64,000 nt of DNA, from contig CAVYQE010000001.1 in NCBI GenBank assembly GCA_963770565.1, positions 896,001-960,000 on the forward strand, given 5' to 3'. The stretch comes from an uncultured Actinomycetota bacterium. Lineage in GTDB: Bacteria > Actinomycetota > Actinomycetes > JAFAQI01. Shown piece by piece: positions 39,658-49,432 of the stretch (positions within the stretch are counted from its first letter, which is position 1; each line of letters starts with the position of its first letter). Made by a program: the position numbers and the translations under genes. The notes under the pieces are model-generated. The model did not search any database and was not told where the DNA came from. It was given only the letters and a program-made list of their open reading frames with translations.

Positions 39658-39814
39658 GCGCGCACAATACGCGCATGACAGTGCTCGTTTCGAGCATTGT
39701 CTTGACGCTTTCGCGGGACTGGTGCAACGATGCTCACCCAGCACGCTCGATTGTGCGCGAATGTGCGGCCGCGGGCTTCGCACCCACGTCGCCACATCGA
39801 CCGAGGAGCGCCAC

Positions 39815-41146
39815 ATGACGGCATCCCGCACCGCGCCACGCACCCGGGCCACCGGGTGCCATCGCCGACGGCGCACACTCGCCGTCTCCACGCTGTTGCT
39901 CCTCATCCCGGTCACCGCGTGCAGCAGCGGGAGCAGTGGCGGCTCGTCGGGGACCACCGCGACCACCATCACGTTGACGCACGGCTACACCGACGTCGAG
40001 GCGAAGGAGATCGCCGCCCAGGTCGCGATCTGGAACAAGGCGAATCCCACCAGCACGGTCAAGCTCGAGTTCAACGGCGGGAACGACGGCGCGCTCCAGA
40101 AGACGATCGCGGGCTTCACGGCCGGCAACTATCCCGACGCGGCCTATGAGTACGGGTCGTCGGCCGCCCAGCTGGCCCGCCAGCCGAAGCTGATCGACCT
40201 CACCGACAAGGTGACGGCGCCCGGTATGGACTGGAGCGACTTTTATCCCTCTGAACGCCAGGCAGCGACGGTCGACGGCAAGGTTGTCGGCATTCCTGCG
40301 CTGGTCGACAACCTGGCCTTGGTCTACAACAAGAAGCTGTTCCAGGCGGCCGGCGTCGCGCTACCGACCGACTCCTGGACATGGCAGGACTTCCGTACTG
40401 CCGCCAAGAAGCTCACCAACCCGAGCACCAAGACCTTCGGCTGGGCGTACATCAACGACGGCAGCGAAGACACCGTGTGGCGATACCTCGCCATGCTGTG
40501 GCAGGCCGGTGGCAGCCTGCTCAACAGCACCAACACGAAGCCGGCCTTCGACTCTCCCGCCGGCCTGGCCGCGCTCCAGCAGCTGTACAACATGGCCGTG
40601 GTCGACAAGTCGGTCTACTTGGACACCGGGAACGACGCCTACCTCAATGTGTTCAACAGCGGCAAGATCGCCATGCTCTGGACCGGCCCGTGGGACCTGT
40701 CCAGCATCTTGCCCGGCATCGACTACGGCGTCACCTACCTGCCCGGCTACAACGGTGACCACCAGACGATCTCGGGGCCGGACCTGTACATGCTCTTCGA
40801 CCACTCCGGGCCGAGGGCAGCCGCAGCGTTGAAGTTCATCAGCTGGCTCACGTCGGCCAAGGTGCACCTGCAGTTCGCGATCGCCACCGGAGACCTGCCG
40901 CTGCGCAAGTCGGAAACCACACTTCCCGGCTACCAGACCTTCTTGAAGAAGTACCCGGCCGAGCGGGTGTTCGTCAACAACCTGAACAACGTCAAGAACG
41001 TCCGGCCCAACATCGCGTCGTACGCCGAGATCTCTTCTGCGATCGGTGAGATGGTGCAGTCCGTGTTGCTCGGGCAGTCGCAGCCTCAGGCGGCCCTCGA
41101 CACGGCGAACCAGAAGGTGGCAGCGGTCCTGGCCGGCGGCTCGTGA
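39815..41146 (+). CDS. Sugar ABC transporter substrate-binding lipoprotein
   Basis: GAGGAG RBS, lipobox VTAC, PDAAY, LVYNKKLF, WTWQDF, FNSGKIAM..GPW. Confidence 0.94.
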   Translation: MTASRTAPRTRATGCHRRRRTLAVSTLLLLIPVTACSSGSSGGSSGTTATTITLTHGYTDVEAKEIAAQVAIWNKANPTSTVKLEFNGGNDGALQKTIAGFTAGNYPDAAYEYGSSAAQLARQPKLIDLTDKVTAPGMDWSDFYPSERQAATVDGKVVGIPALVDNLALVYNKKLFQAAGVALPTDSWTWQDFRTAAKKLTNPSTKTFGWAYINDGSEDTVWRYLAMLWQAGGSLLNSTNTKPAFDSPAGLAALQQLYNMAVVDKSVYLDTGNDAYLNVFNSGKIAMLWTGPWDLSSILPGIDYGVTYLPGYNGDHQTISGPDLYMLFDHSGPRAAAALKFISWLTSAKVHLQFAIATGDLPLRKSETTLPGYQTFLKKYPAERVFVNNLNNVKNVRPNIASYAEISSAIGEMVQSVLLGQSQPQAALDTANQKVAAVLAGGS

Positions 41147-42138
41147 GTTCTGGGGAGCGAGGTGGTCCGCGAGTGCGCGGCGACACACGCTCCCGGGTGC
41201 CCCGCCGGACGATGCTGCCCGGACCGGTCGAGAAGCGGCCCGCGCGACGCCTGCGGCACCGCCGAACCGTCGCCGACGGCCTGGTCGGCTGGGGGATGGT
41301 CTCGCCGGCCGTCCTGCTGATCGGGCTGTTCGGGCTGGTGCCGGTCGTTTGGTCGATCGCGTTGTCGTTGCAGCACGACGACCTGCAGACGCCGGCCACC
41401 TGGGCCGGGACCGGAAACTACCGCGAGCTCATCCACGACCCGGTGTTCAAGCAGGCTATCCAGCACACCCTCGTCTACACGCTGATCTTCGTCCCCGCCA
41501 CCCTGGTGCTGGCGTTGCTCGTCGCGGGCGCCCTGAACCGCCGGGTCAGGGGCATGTCCCTGTACCGGCTGGCGGTCTTCATCCCGGTCGTCACCTCGAC
41601 CGTCGCGACCGGCGTCATCTTCACCTGGCTGCTGGACCCCAACTTCGGGATCATCAACGCGGTGCTCCAGAAGGTGGGCCTTCCGACGTCGGGCTTCTTT
41701 GCCTCGCCGAACGCGGCGCTGTTCGCGATTATTGGAATGACGGTCTGGGGCTGGGTCGGATTCGGCGCGCTGATCTATCTGGCCGGCTTGCAAAGCATTC
41801 CGGGCGACGTGCTCGAGGCGGCACTGATCGACGGCTGCTCGAAAGCGGGCGCCTTCTGGCGGATTCAGGTGCCGCTGCTGCGTCCGGTCACCGGATTCCT
41901 GGTGGTGTGGCTGACGATCAACGCGCTGCAACTCTTCGACGAGGTCTACGTGACCACCAAGGGCGGCCCACTGCACGCGACGACCGTCGTCGTCTACTAC
42001 ATCTACGAAGAGGCGTTTGAGTTCTTCCACGCGGGCTACGCAGCGACGATGGCCACCGCGCTGTTCGCCGTCATCGCATTTATCACGGTCGTGCAGCTGC
42101 GAATCGCCCGCGACTCCTCGGAGATGGGGCAGGCGTGA
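41143..42138 (+). CDS. Sugar ABC transporter permease
   Basis: YLAGLQSIP..VLEAALIDG EAA loop, TM helices. Confidence 0.95.
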   Translation: MSSGERGGPRVRGDTRSRVPRRTMLPGPVEKRPARRLRHRRTVADGLVGWGMVSPAVLLIGLFGLVPVVWSIALSLQHDDLQTPATWAGTGNYRELIHDPVFKQAIQHTLVYTLIFVPATLVLALLVAGALNRRVRGMSLYRLAVFIPVVTSTVATGVIFTWLLDPNFGIINAVLQKVGLPTSGFFASPNAALFAIIGMTVWGWVGFGALIYLAGLQSIPGDVLEAALIDGCSKAGAFWRIQVPLLRPVTGFLVVWLTINALQLFDEVYVTTKGGPLHATTVVVYYIYEEAFEFFHAGYAATMATALFAVIAFITVVQLRIARDSSEMGQA

Positions 42139-42977
42139 CCGTCGCTACCATGCCCGCTCGGCGCAGGCGGAGTTGGCGCCCGTCCGGCTGGCACCTGGTG
42201 CTCATCCCGGTCGCGCTGCTGATGGCGTTCCCGCTGCTGTGGATGGTCGTGACCAGCTTGTCGACGCTCGCCGACACGCAGAAGTTCCCACCGTCGCTGC
42301 CGACATCACTGGACTGGAGCAACTTCTCGACCGCCTGGACCGAGTCACCGTTCGCCCACTGGCTGATCAACAGCACGATCGTGTCGATCACGTGTGTGAC
42401 GAGCAACCTGATCTTGGCCAGCCTGGCCGGATACGCCTTCGCCCGGCTCCGCTTTCCGGGCAGCCGGATCGTCTTCTTCGGGATCCTGGCGACGCTGATG
42501 GTGCCCTTCCAGGTCGTGATGATCCCGACCTTGCTCATCGTCAAGCACCTCGGGCTGGTCAACACGCTGCCGGCGCTCATCGTGCCGAACCTGGTGACAC
42601 CGTTCGGCATCTACCTGTTGCGACAGTTCTTCCTGACGCTTCCGGTCGAGCTTGAGGAAGCTGCACTGATCGACGGGGCCAGCCGCTTCCGCATCCTGCG
42701 CACCATCCTGTTGCCCTTGATGGGCCCGCCGCTGGCCACCGTGGCGGTGCTCACGTTCCTCGACGTCTGGAACGACTTCCTCTGGCCGCTGGTGGTGACG
42801 TCGTCGCCGAACACGATGACGGTCCAGCTCGGCCTGGCCACGTTCCAGAGCGCTCACTTCACCAACTGGCCGGTACTGATGGCTGCGACACTGATGAGCC
42901 AGCTGCCGATGATGGTGCTGTTCCTTGCCGGGCAACGGTTTTTCGTCAGCTCGATTGCGAACACGGGGATCAAATGA
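42135..42977 (+). CDS. Sugar ABC transporter permease
   Basis: AGYAFAR, LEEAALIDGA, WNDFLWPL. Confidence 0.95.
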   Translation: MTVATMPARRRRSWRPSGWHLVLIPVALLMAFPLLWMVVTSLSTLADTQKFPPSLPTSLDWSNFSTAWTESPFAHWLINSTIVSITCVTSNLILASLAGYAFARLRFPGSRIVFFGILATLMVPFQVVMIPTLLIVKHLGLVNTLPALIVPNLVTPFGIYLLRQFFLTLPVELEEAALIDGASRFRILRTILLPLMGPPLATVAVLTFLDVWNDFLWPLVVTSSPNTMTVQLGLATFQSAHFTNWPVLMAATLMSQLPMMVLFLAGQRFFVSSIANTGIK

Positions 42978-44425
42978 AATCAACCACTGCGCGTGCCGCC
43001 ATCTCCGCTCTTGTCCTGACCCTCGGCGGGGTGGCTGCGTACGGAGCCACCGTCCTGGCCCCACCCTTCGCGCTCGCCGGCACAACTCCGGGCAACGGCG
43101 TCATCGTGGTGTCACCGAGCGGCAACGACAGCAATGCCGGTACGGCGAGCGCACCGCTGCGCACCATCCAGGTCGCCGTGCAACGGCTCCCGAACGGCGG
43201 CACGATCGAGCTGCGCGCCGGTCACTATCACCAGAGGGTTCGGCTCTCCGGTGTCCACGGTCTGACGCTGCGCCCTTACGGCGACGAGGTCGCGGTCCTG
43301 GACGGGAGCGGGTTGACCCCACCAAACGGGACCTCGGCCATGGTCAATATCTCCGACAGCACCGACATCATGATCGCCGGGCTCGCCATCACCGGCTACC
43401 GCACCAGCAAGCTTGGCATCGTGCCGATCGGGGTCTACATGCACGGCCACGACCGCGGGATTCACATCGTCGACAACCACGTCTACCGCCTGGGCAACTA
43501 CAACGGCACCCTGGGCAGCTTCAACATCAACGCGCACGGCATTGCGGCGTACGGCGACGATCCGCACGGCGCGATCCGAGACCTGGTGATCCGTGGCAAC
43601 ACTGTCGACCATCTGCGCACCGGGGCGAGCGAGTCCGTCGTGGTGAACGGCAACGTGAACCACTGGAGCATCACGCACAACCACATCTTCGACAACGACA
43701 ACATCGGCATCGACGCGATCGGCTACGAGCCCACCTTGACGGGCAAGTACCGCTACACGATCGCCGACCGCGCACGACACGGCGTCATCGCCCACAACCG
43801 GATCTCACACATCCAGTCGCGCGGCAATCCGTCGTACTGGGACCACGGCTGGTGCAACTGCGCTGACGGTATCTACATCGACGGTGGGACGCACATCCAA
43901 GTGCGTGCCAACCACGTCACGACCAGCGACATCGGCATCGAGGTGGCGGCGGAGAACGGTCGGGGGACGGCTGACTTCGTGAACGTCCTTCACAACCACA
44001 TCACCGGGAGCTTGTTCACTGGGATCGCAACCGGTGGTTATTGCAACGACAAGCCCAACTGTGGCGGCGTCAGGACCGGGAGTTCGCACGACAACCTGTT
44101 TGCCTACAACGTGTTGCGGGGGAACAACCAGCTCAACGACGGGTCCCCCGAGTTGCTGATCCAGTACCACACTTACCGGGACACGTTCGTGCACAACACC
44201 ATCACCGCCGCGAACCGAGGCCACGTCGTGTACGGAACCGTGCCGAAAGCCGACACCGACGGTCATCCGATCGGCAACCGCAGCGATGACAACCGCTTCA
44301 GGGCGGTGGGGGTCGGTCAGGCCAAGGTGGAGTTCGGCTGGCTGGGTCACACCTACGCCGGGTTCGCGAAGTACCAACAAGCCACCGGGCAGGATGCCCA
44401 CAGCAAGTACTCAAAGGCGACCTGA
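42974..44425 (+). CDS. Secreted right-handed parallel beta-helix protein (putative polysaccharide hydrolase/lyase)
   Basis: Signal peptide, VSPSGNDSNAGT..APLRTIQ.A (DUF1565-like start), repeated I..N.I / GI.. coils, DGIYIDGG; ATGA overlap with the permease. Confidence 0.85.
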   Translation: MKSTTARAAISALVLTLGGVAAYGATVLAPPFALAGTTPGNGVIVVSPSGNDSNAGTASAPLRTIQVAVQRLPNGGTIELRAGHYHQRVRLSGVHGLTLRPYGDEVAVLDGSGLTPPNGTSAMVNISDSTDIMIAGLAITGYRTSKLGIVPIGVYMHGHDRGIHIVDNHVYRLGNYNGTLGSFNINAHGIAAYGDDPHGAIRDLVIRGNTVDHLRTGASESVVVNGNVNHWSITHNHIFDNDNIGIDAIGYEPTLTGKYRYTIADRARHGVIAHNRISHIQSRGNPSYWDHGWCNCADGIYIDGGTHIQVRANHVTTSDIGIEVAAENGRGTADFVNVLHNHITGSLFTGIATGGYCNDKPNCGGVRTGSSHDNLFAYNVLRGNNQLNDGSPELLIQYHTYRDTFVHNTITAANRGHVVYGTVPKADTDGHPIGNRSDDNRFRAVGVGQAKVEFGWLGHTYAGFAKYQQATGQDAHSKYSKAT

Positions 44426-44501
44426 CCGGGATCGACTGCCGCGGCGGGTGGCTTTGAGCGTCTTTCGCGCGCGATTTCGGCATCGGTGCTAGGCAGGAGG
44501 C

Positions 44502-44672
44502 ATGCAACACGTCGAGGTGGAGCGAGATGGCCGCTGGTGGCCAGGGGTCATGGGTCTGTGGCGCGAGGACCAGCGTGGATGGGTCGCAACGGTGCGGTAC
44601 GCGACCGAGAGTCGTCGCTACACCGAGACCATCGCCGCCGACCGGCTGCGCACGGTCGATACTCCGGACTAG
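44502..44672 (+). CDS. 56-aa hypothetical microprotein (SH3/Tudor-like pattern)
   Basis: AGGAGG immediately before ATG; MQHVEVERDGRWWPGVMGLWREDQRGWVATVRYATESRRYTETIAADRLRTVDTPD*; below the ORF track cutoff. Confidence 0.65.
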   Translation: MQHVEVERDGRWWPGVMGLWREDQRGWVATVRYATESRRYTETIAADRLRTVDTPD

Positions 44673-44699
44673 CCAAACCGCTCCCTCGGCAGGCAGCCG

Positions 44700-45770
44700 C
44701 TAGTGTCGCGCGTCTGAAGTTGCTTGACGGGTGGCGTGAGGCAGGATCTCGTCCGCCGTTTTTGTCCAGGTGAATGGGTGGCAGCGGTTGTTCCAGCCGT
44801 CGATGAAGCGGCTGATCGCGACCATGAGTTCTTTGACGTTGGCGAAGCTGCCGCGCCGGATCGCTTGGCGGGTGATGATCCCGAAAAAGATCTCGACCAT
44901 GTTCATCCACGACCCCGATGTGGGTGTGAAGTGCAAGGTGACGCGAGGGTTCTTCGCTAGCCAGGCTTGGACTTCGGTGTGCTTGTGGGTGTGGTAGTTG
45001 TCCAGCACGACGTGGAGCTCACGTCGCGGGTAGGCCTTCGCGACCTGCTTCATGAACGCGAGGAACTCGGCTTTTCCGTGCCGTTCATAGACGGCGTCGG
45101 TGACCTTGCCGGTCGCGACTTCTAGAGCGGCGAACAAGGTCGCGGTGCCGTTGCGCTTGTAGTCGTGGGTGGCCTTCTCCGGCAGCCCTGGGCGCATCGG
45201 CAGGATCGGGGCGGTCCGATCGAGTGCCTGGATCTGGCTCTTCTCATCGACGCAGAGCACGACTGCCTTCTCCGGCGGGTTCAGGTAGAGGCCGACGACG
45301 TCGTGGACCTTCGCCACCAACTCAGGGTCGGTGCTGAACTTGAACGTCCCGCGCCGCCACGGCTGCACGCAGTACTTGCGCCACGTCCGCGCCACGGTCG
45401 CATCGCCGACCTTCAGCTCCGCCGCCAGCAGGCGGGTGGACCAGTGCGTCACCCCAAGGCGCTCCGGCGGCGGGTCGAGCGTCATCGCCAGGATCGCCGC
45501 GTCGTCGACCGTCTTCGGCCGACCCGACCGCGGATCGTCCTGCAGCCCGGCCAAGCCTTCGGCGGCATACCGCTCACGCCACTGGATCACCGTCGGCCTG
45601 GACACCCCAAGCTTCGAAGCGATCGAGGTCGTGCCCAAGCCGTCACCGGCAGCAAGGACGATCCTGGCCCGAGTCACCAGCCCGGCCTTGATCGACGTCG
45701 ACCGAGACCAGCTCTGAAGCGTCGCCCGGTCCGCCTCAGGGATCTGCACACCTGCAGTCAACAGCGCCAT
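44700..45770 (-). CDS. IS630 transposase
   Basis: HTH RARIVL...WRERY, HWSTR, DDE motifs CVDEKS, VLDNY, WMNMVE; single uninterrupted ORF. Confidence 0.96.
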   Translation of the reverse strand: MALLTAGVQIPEADRATLQSWSRSTSIKAGLVTRARIVLAAGDGLGTTSIASKLGVSRPTVIQWRERYAAEGLAGLQDDPRSGRPKTVDDAAILAMTLDPPPERLGVTHWSTRLLAAELKVGDATVARTWRKYCVQPWRRGTFKFSTDPELVAKVHDVVGLYLNPPEKAVVLCVDEKSQIQALDRTAPILPMRPGLPEKATHDYKRNGTATLFAALEVATGKVTDAVYERHGKAEFLAFMKQVAKAYPRRELHVVLDNYHTHKHTEVQAWLAKNPRVTLHFTPTSGSWMNMVEIFFGIITRQAIRRGSFANVKELMVAISRFIDGWNNRCHPFTWTKTADEILPHATRQATSDARH

Positions 45771-45828
45771 GCCACAGCATGACGCGAACTCACCCCAATG
45801 TAAAGGAACTAATGACGCGCGACACTAG
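44700..45828 (-). mobile_element. IS630-family insertion sequence, complete
   Basis: Perfect terminal inverted repeats CTAGTGTCGCGCGTC (44700-44714) and GACGCGCGACACTAG (45814-45828), extending imperfectly to ~29 bp; CTAG/TA target at both ends. Confidence 0.95.
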
Positions 45829-47044
45829 CTCTGCCGCACGTACATGTAGCGGTATCCGCGGCCGTTGGTGAGGACCAGGGCCAGTGGTATGTCCGAGTGA
45901 TGCTGGGTCACGATGTCGGGTGTGGACCACTTGCCTTTGGGGCTGCGGGTCTGGTGCATGAGCCCGTGGTTCGTCCCCTGAGACCGGTAGATCGCCTGCA
46001 GGCGGTTGCTGCCCGGTTCGGCAGTGAGGAGCAGGTCGATGGATCGCGGGCCGGTGTTCGGGACTCGACGCGGATGAGCCCACCGGCCGCCCACGATGGG
46101 CAAGGTGCTGTGGGCGACGTACACGCCGAGCGGGATAGCGGGCCCTACGTCCGAGCCTCATTCGCGACTCCGCCACAGCCCGACCCACACCTTGCCATCC
46201 GTGCTGGTCACCGACGACACCTGCTGACCAACCCCGTTGAAGAACCTCTGCCCGATTGGCTGTGGGTTGCTCCATGACGCGGTCTGGCCGGGCCGTCGGA
46301 TCCAGGCTGCGATGGTGCCCGCGTTGCCCGCCCCGGTGTCGCCGATGGCCGTCAGGTCACCCGTCCCGGGGTCGCGGGCAACGGCTGCATCGGAAGCATC
46401 GGAAACGCCACTCGAGGCGGGCAGGGTCGATCGCTCGAGCAACTGCCCGGGTCGCACGACCAGCACGGACAGCGGGCTCGTCTGGTTCGCAACCGGGCGG
46501 TTGCCGACGTACAGCACGGCGAGCCGACCGTGCGGCAGGCCGACCGCCTGCGGAAGCGAACCGCTTTCGCCAGGCAATCCGCCGGCCACAGTGGCGGTTC
46601 GGTTGGCCGCCGTGATCGGCGGGAAGTTCGACGCGGTGGTTCGCTTCTTTGCGACGTACAGCTCGTGACCAACGACCATGAGCAGGAACTCGTGGCGGCG
46701 ATCGAGACTCAGCACGAGGCGAGCGGCGGAGATGTTTCGCATCGCTGAGCCCGGAACCTGATGGCTGGTCCAGTGCGAGCTGCCGTGCGCACGGGTCAGG
46801 TATTGCACCCGGGTCATGTGGGCACCCAGCAACAAGGCGGCGTGCGTCGTGCCCTGAGCGTCGCGAACATAGCCAACCGGTACGGCGTTCCCGGTGCCGG
46901 CGGGAACCGGTATCTGGCCGGCCGAGTCACGGAACCCGAATACCGGGTCGGCATTCGCGACCGCAGCAACGCTCATGAAAGTGGCCACCAGCGCCCCCGC
47001 AATCGCAAACTGGAAAATCCGCGACGAGTGCGAGTGGACCCCAT
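45825..47044 (-). pseudogene. Disrupted secreted beta-rich protein
   Basis: ORFs 46158-46988 and 45825-46124 are in the same frame, separated by TGA (46158-46160) and 11 sense codons. The RBS-linked ATG at 47044 is 1 nt out of frame with the signal peptide at a G4 run. Confidence 0.7.
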
Positions 47045-47146
47045 TTGGTGCTCCTCACCACCCGATGCCGACGGCACCTGATACTGCTTCAACGCCTGAC
47101 CCGGCGAAGAAGTTGACACGGCCCTAAGACCGGGCGTCGGAGTGGC

Positions 47147-47533
47147 CTACCTGGACGTCCAGTTCTTCTGCTCACCGCTCATCGCGTTGGCGAGCATCGC
47201 GTTGTGCATGATCTGCAAGACAACGCCTTGATACTCATTCTCAACGATACGCGTGTAGTGGTAGTACCAGTCGGTCGGTACGCGAAGCCCGCGCCGAACT
47301 TTGGTGCAAGGCTGGCCCATCGCCTTGGCGTGAACCATCCGCTGGCGAGCCAGCCCCACCAGCCGGTTGTTGAGGAAGATGAACTGCGGGCGCTTGTCGC
47401 CCGTGTCCGCCAGCATTGCGGGCAGATGCAGGAACGCGATCTCGTCTTCTGTCAGGGGCTGGCCGATCAGCTTCGCCTCTTCGGCCAACTGCCCGATGAT
47501 CCACTCAGCAGAGGCGTCGACCGGATCGGACAT
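47147..47533 (-). CDS. Hypothetical protein
   Basis: GGAAGG RBS, MSDPVDASAEWII..., 128 aa, protein-like composition. Confidence 0.7.
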   Translation of the reverse strand: MSDPVDASAEWIIGQLAEEAKLIGQPLTEDEIAFLHLPAMLADTGDKRPQFIFLNNRLVGLARQRMVHAKAMGQPCTKVRRGLRVPTDWYYHYTRIVENEYQGVVLQIMHNAMLANAMSGEQKNWTSR

Positions 47534-48078
47534 GAGGGCCTTCCCAGATTGACTCGAATGACCAAGCCAACGTAAGCCACTCGTCAACGTTGCCCACAGC
47601 GGGCCGGACCTGGGATTGCCGGCCTCCGACCCCGGTAGCGCTAGGGGATCTGCAGGGTCCTGACAATGAGCACCTCGTGCGGGTCGTGGAAGGCCGGCAC
47701 CGCTTCCATTCAAATGCCGAGCTCAGCAGCGGCCGGACCCATTCGTTCGGCGCCGAAGGAGATCGTCAGATTCGCGCTGGCGGACGTCAACCTTCAGCGG
47801 ACAGTCCGTGTGCGTGGTGCGGGGCGCGGTCTAGGACTTGGCGACCAGCCCGTACCAAACCGCGCTGATCAGAGCGCCGATCAGGCTACCGAGCATTAGT
47901 GCGGTCATGCATCAAGGATGAACCCGCTCCTCGAGTATGCCAAGTGGTTCACTATAGAAGGATGGCTTGGTGCGGAACGAGGTTCGGTGGGATCCGGCAA
48001 ACCGACCGTCGGAGCATTTCCGGATCTTTGTATTTCCGGATTTTTTCCGATGAGTAAGGGGTGGCTTAGCTGACTCGA

Positions 48079-48107
48079 TTGACCTCTTGCCTACTGGCCA
48101 ATACATT
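48079..48107 (+). promoter_or_regulatory. Housekeeping-sigma type promoter for the CHAP gene
   Basis: TTGACC-17 nt-TACATT. Confidence 0.6.
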
Positions 48108-48138
48108 CCCACGATCTGACGCACCCGTTGGGGAAACG

Positions 48139-48802
48139 ATGCGCACACATCGACGATGGTTCAGCATCAGCCTCGCGGGCGCAATGAGCGTAACGGTCAT
48201 GTTTGCATCCACCGCCGTGCACGCCAGCGTGGTCGTGCACGCAAAGCCCGCGAGCCGGCACTGTACATCAACGAGTCGCACTGGGGCGAAGCCGTCAAAG
48301 TACAACCGAACACCCAACCGCGCCGGCCCGTGGCGCGTCCCGCTCGATCCATGCAACACCGAGGCTGGGGGCGCGCACAAGGTGCCGTACGCCAATTGCG
48401 CCTACTGGGCTGCCGAGAAGCGACCCGACGTTTGGGTGCACGCGGTATGGAAGTTCGGCTATCCGAGGTTTCACGGCGGCGCGTGGAACATCGAACGCGA
48501 CGCACACAAGGCGGGCTACCGCATCAGCTATCACCCGAAGGTCGGCGATCTCGCGCTCTGGCCACCGAACGCGCGGATGGGTTTCTCGTCGACCGGCAGC
48601 GCAAGCAGCGGCTCGAAGCAGATCTACGTCGCGAGCCGGCGGCCACGTCGCCTACGTGGAGAAGGTGGGTATGCATGGGCAAATCAAGATCAGCACCATG
48701 GGCTGGCTAACGTTGAGCGGCGGCGACGATGGTGGCTACACCGTGACGTTCATCTACAACAAGGACCGAAGTTTCTTCGTGCACCACCGCCCGCACCACT
48801 GA
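48139..48802 (+). pseudogene. Secreted CHAP-domain peptidoglycan hydrolase, frameshifted
   Basis: Signal peptide, YANCAYWA and PKVGDLALW are in one frame. GGHVAYVEKV and the stop at 48802 are in another, with the switch near 48635. Confidence 0.8.
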
Positions 48803-48910
48803 ACGGTCGCCGCAGACGGCGTCAGTGGTCATGGGGCGTCTTTGGGGCCAGCACGTCGGCGATCTTCAGTAAGACCAGTCGGATCTCGCCGCGGAGTTGA
48901 GGGAGTGGTC

Positions 48911-49069
48911 GTGAGTCGTTGGGAACCGAGTCGCGAACCATGCGAACACCAGCAGTATCAGTGCCTTCGATGCGCCAACACGGGCTGCACGGTAACCGGC
49001 TGCGCCGGGCAGGGCTTCGACTCCGATCTCTGTCGGTCCTGCGGCCACTTCGAGAAGCGCACGGTCTAG
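48911..49069 (+). CDS. 52-aa Cys-rich putative zinc-binding microprotein
   Basis: GGGAG RBS; CEH..CLRC..GCTVTGC..CRSCGH. Confidence 0.55.
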   Translation: MSRWEPSREPCEHQQYQCLRCANTGCTVTGCAGQGFDSDLCRSCGHFEKRTV

Positions 49070-49090
49070 TTCGTTCGTGCCGTGGGGTCA

Positions 49091-49303
49091 TCAGCGAACG
49101 GTTTGAGGCAGCCTCCGTAGTCGCACTGCCGCCTCGCGCTGGATCAGGACCGGTACGTAGGTTCTGATCCGGGCATCGCGGAATGTGGCTCGAGTCGCTT
49201 GAACCTCGGCGTGCACCTTCGCCGGGCTGACGATCGCGTCGAACTTGCGGTGCAGTGCGTCCTCGACACTGTCGATCTGGGATTGCTCGGTGATCTGCAG
49301 CAC
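49091..49303 (-). CDS. Three-helix bundle (DUF3562-like) protein
   Basis: F.DARIRTYVPVLIQREA motif; GGAGGT RBS. Confidence 0.8.
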   Translation of the reverse strand: MLQITEQSQIDSVEDALHRKFDAIVSPAKVHAEVQATRATFRDARIRTYVPVLIQREAAVRLRRLPQTVR

Positions 49304-49432
49304 GATGACACCTCCGCGGTGGGGAGCGCACGGACACCTTCGTTCTAGCCCCGCTACGTGAACGGCAGGCAAACGGCCAGACTGGGGGTGCTGATTTCAT
49401 TTGGATCGCGCGCTGGTGGGTATATATACGGT

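Noticed and set aside
46158-46200. In-frame TGA as selenocysteine
   Set aside because: There is no redox motif context and no convincing SECIS hairpin, and the gene has a second lesion.
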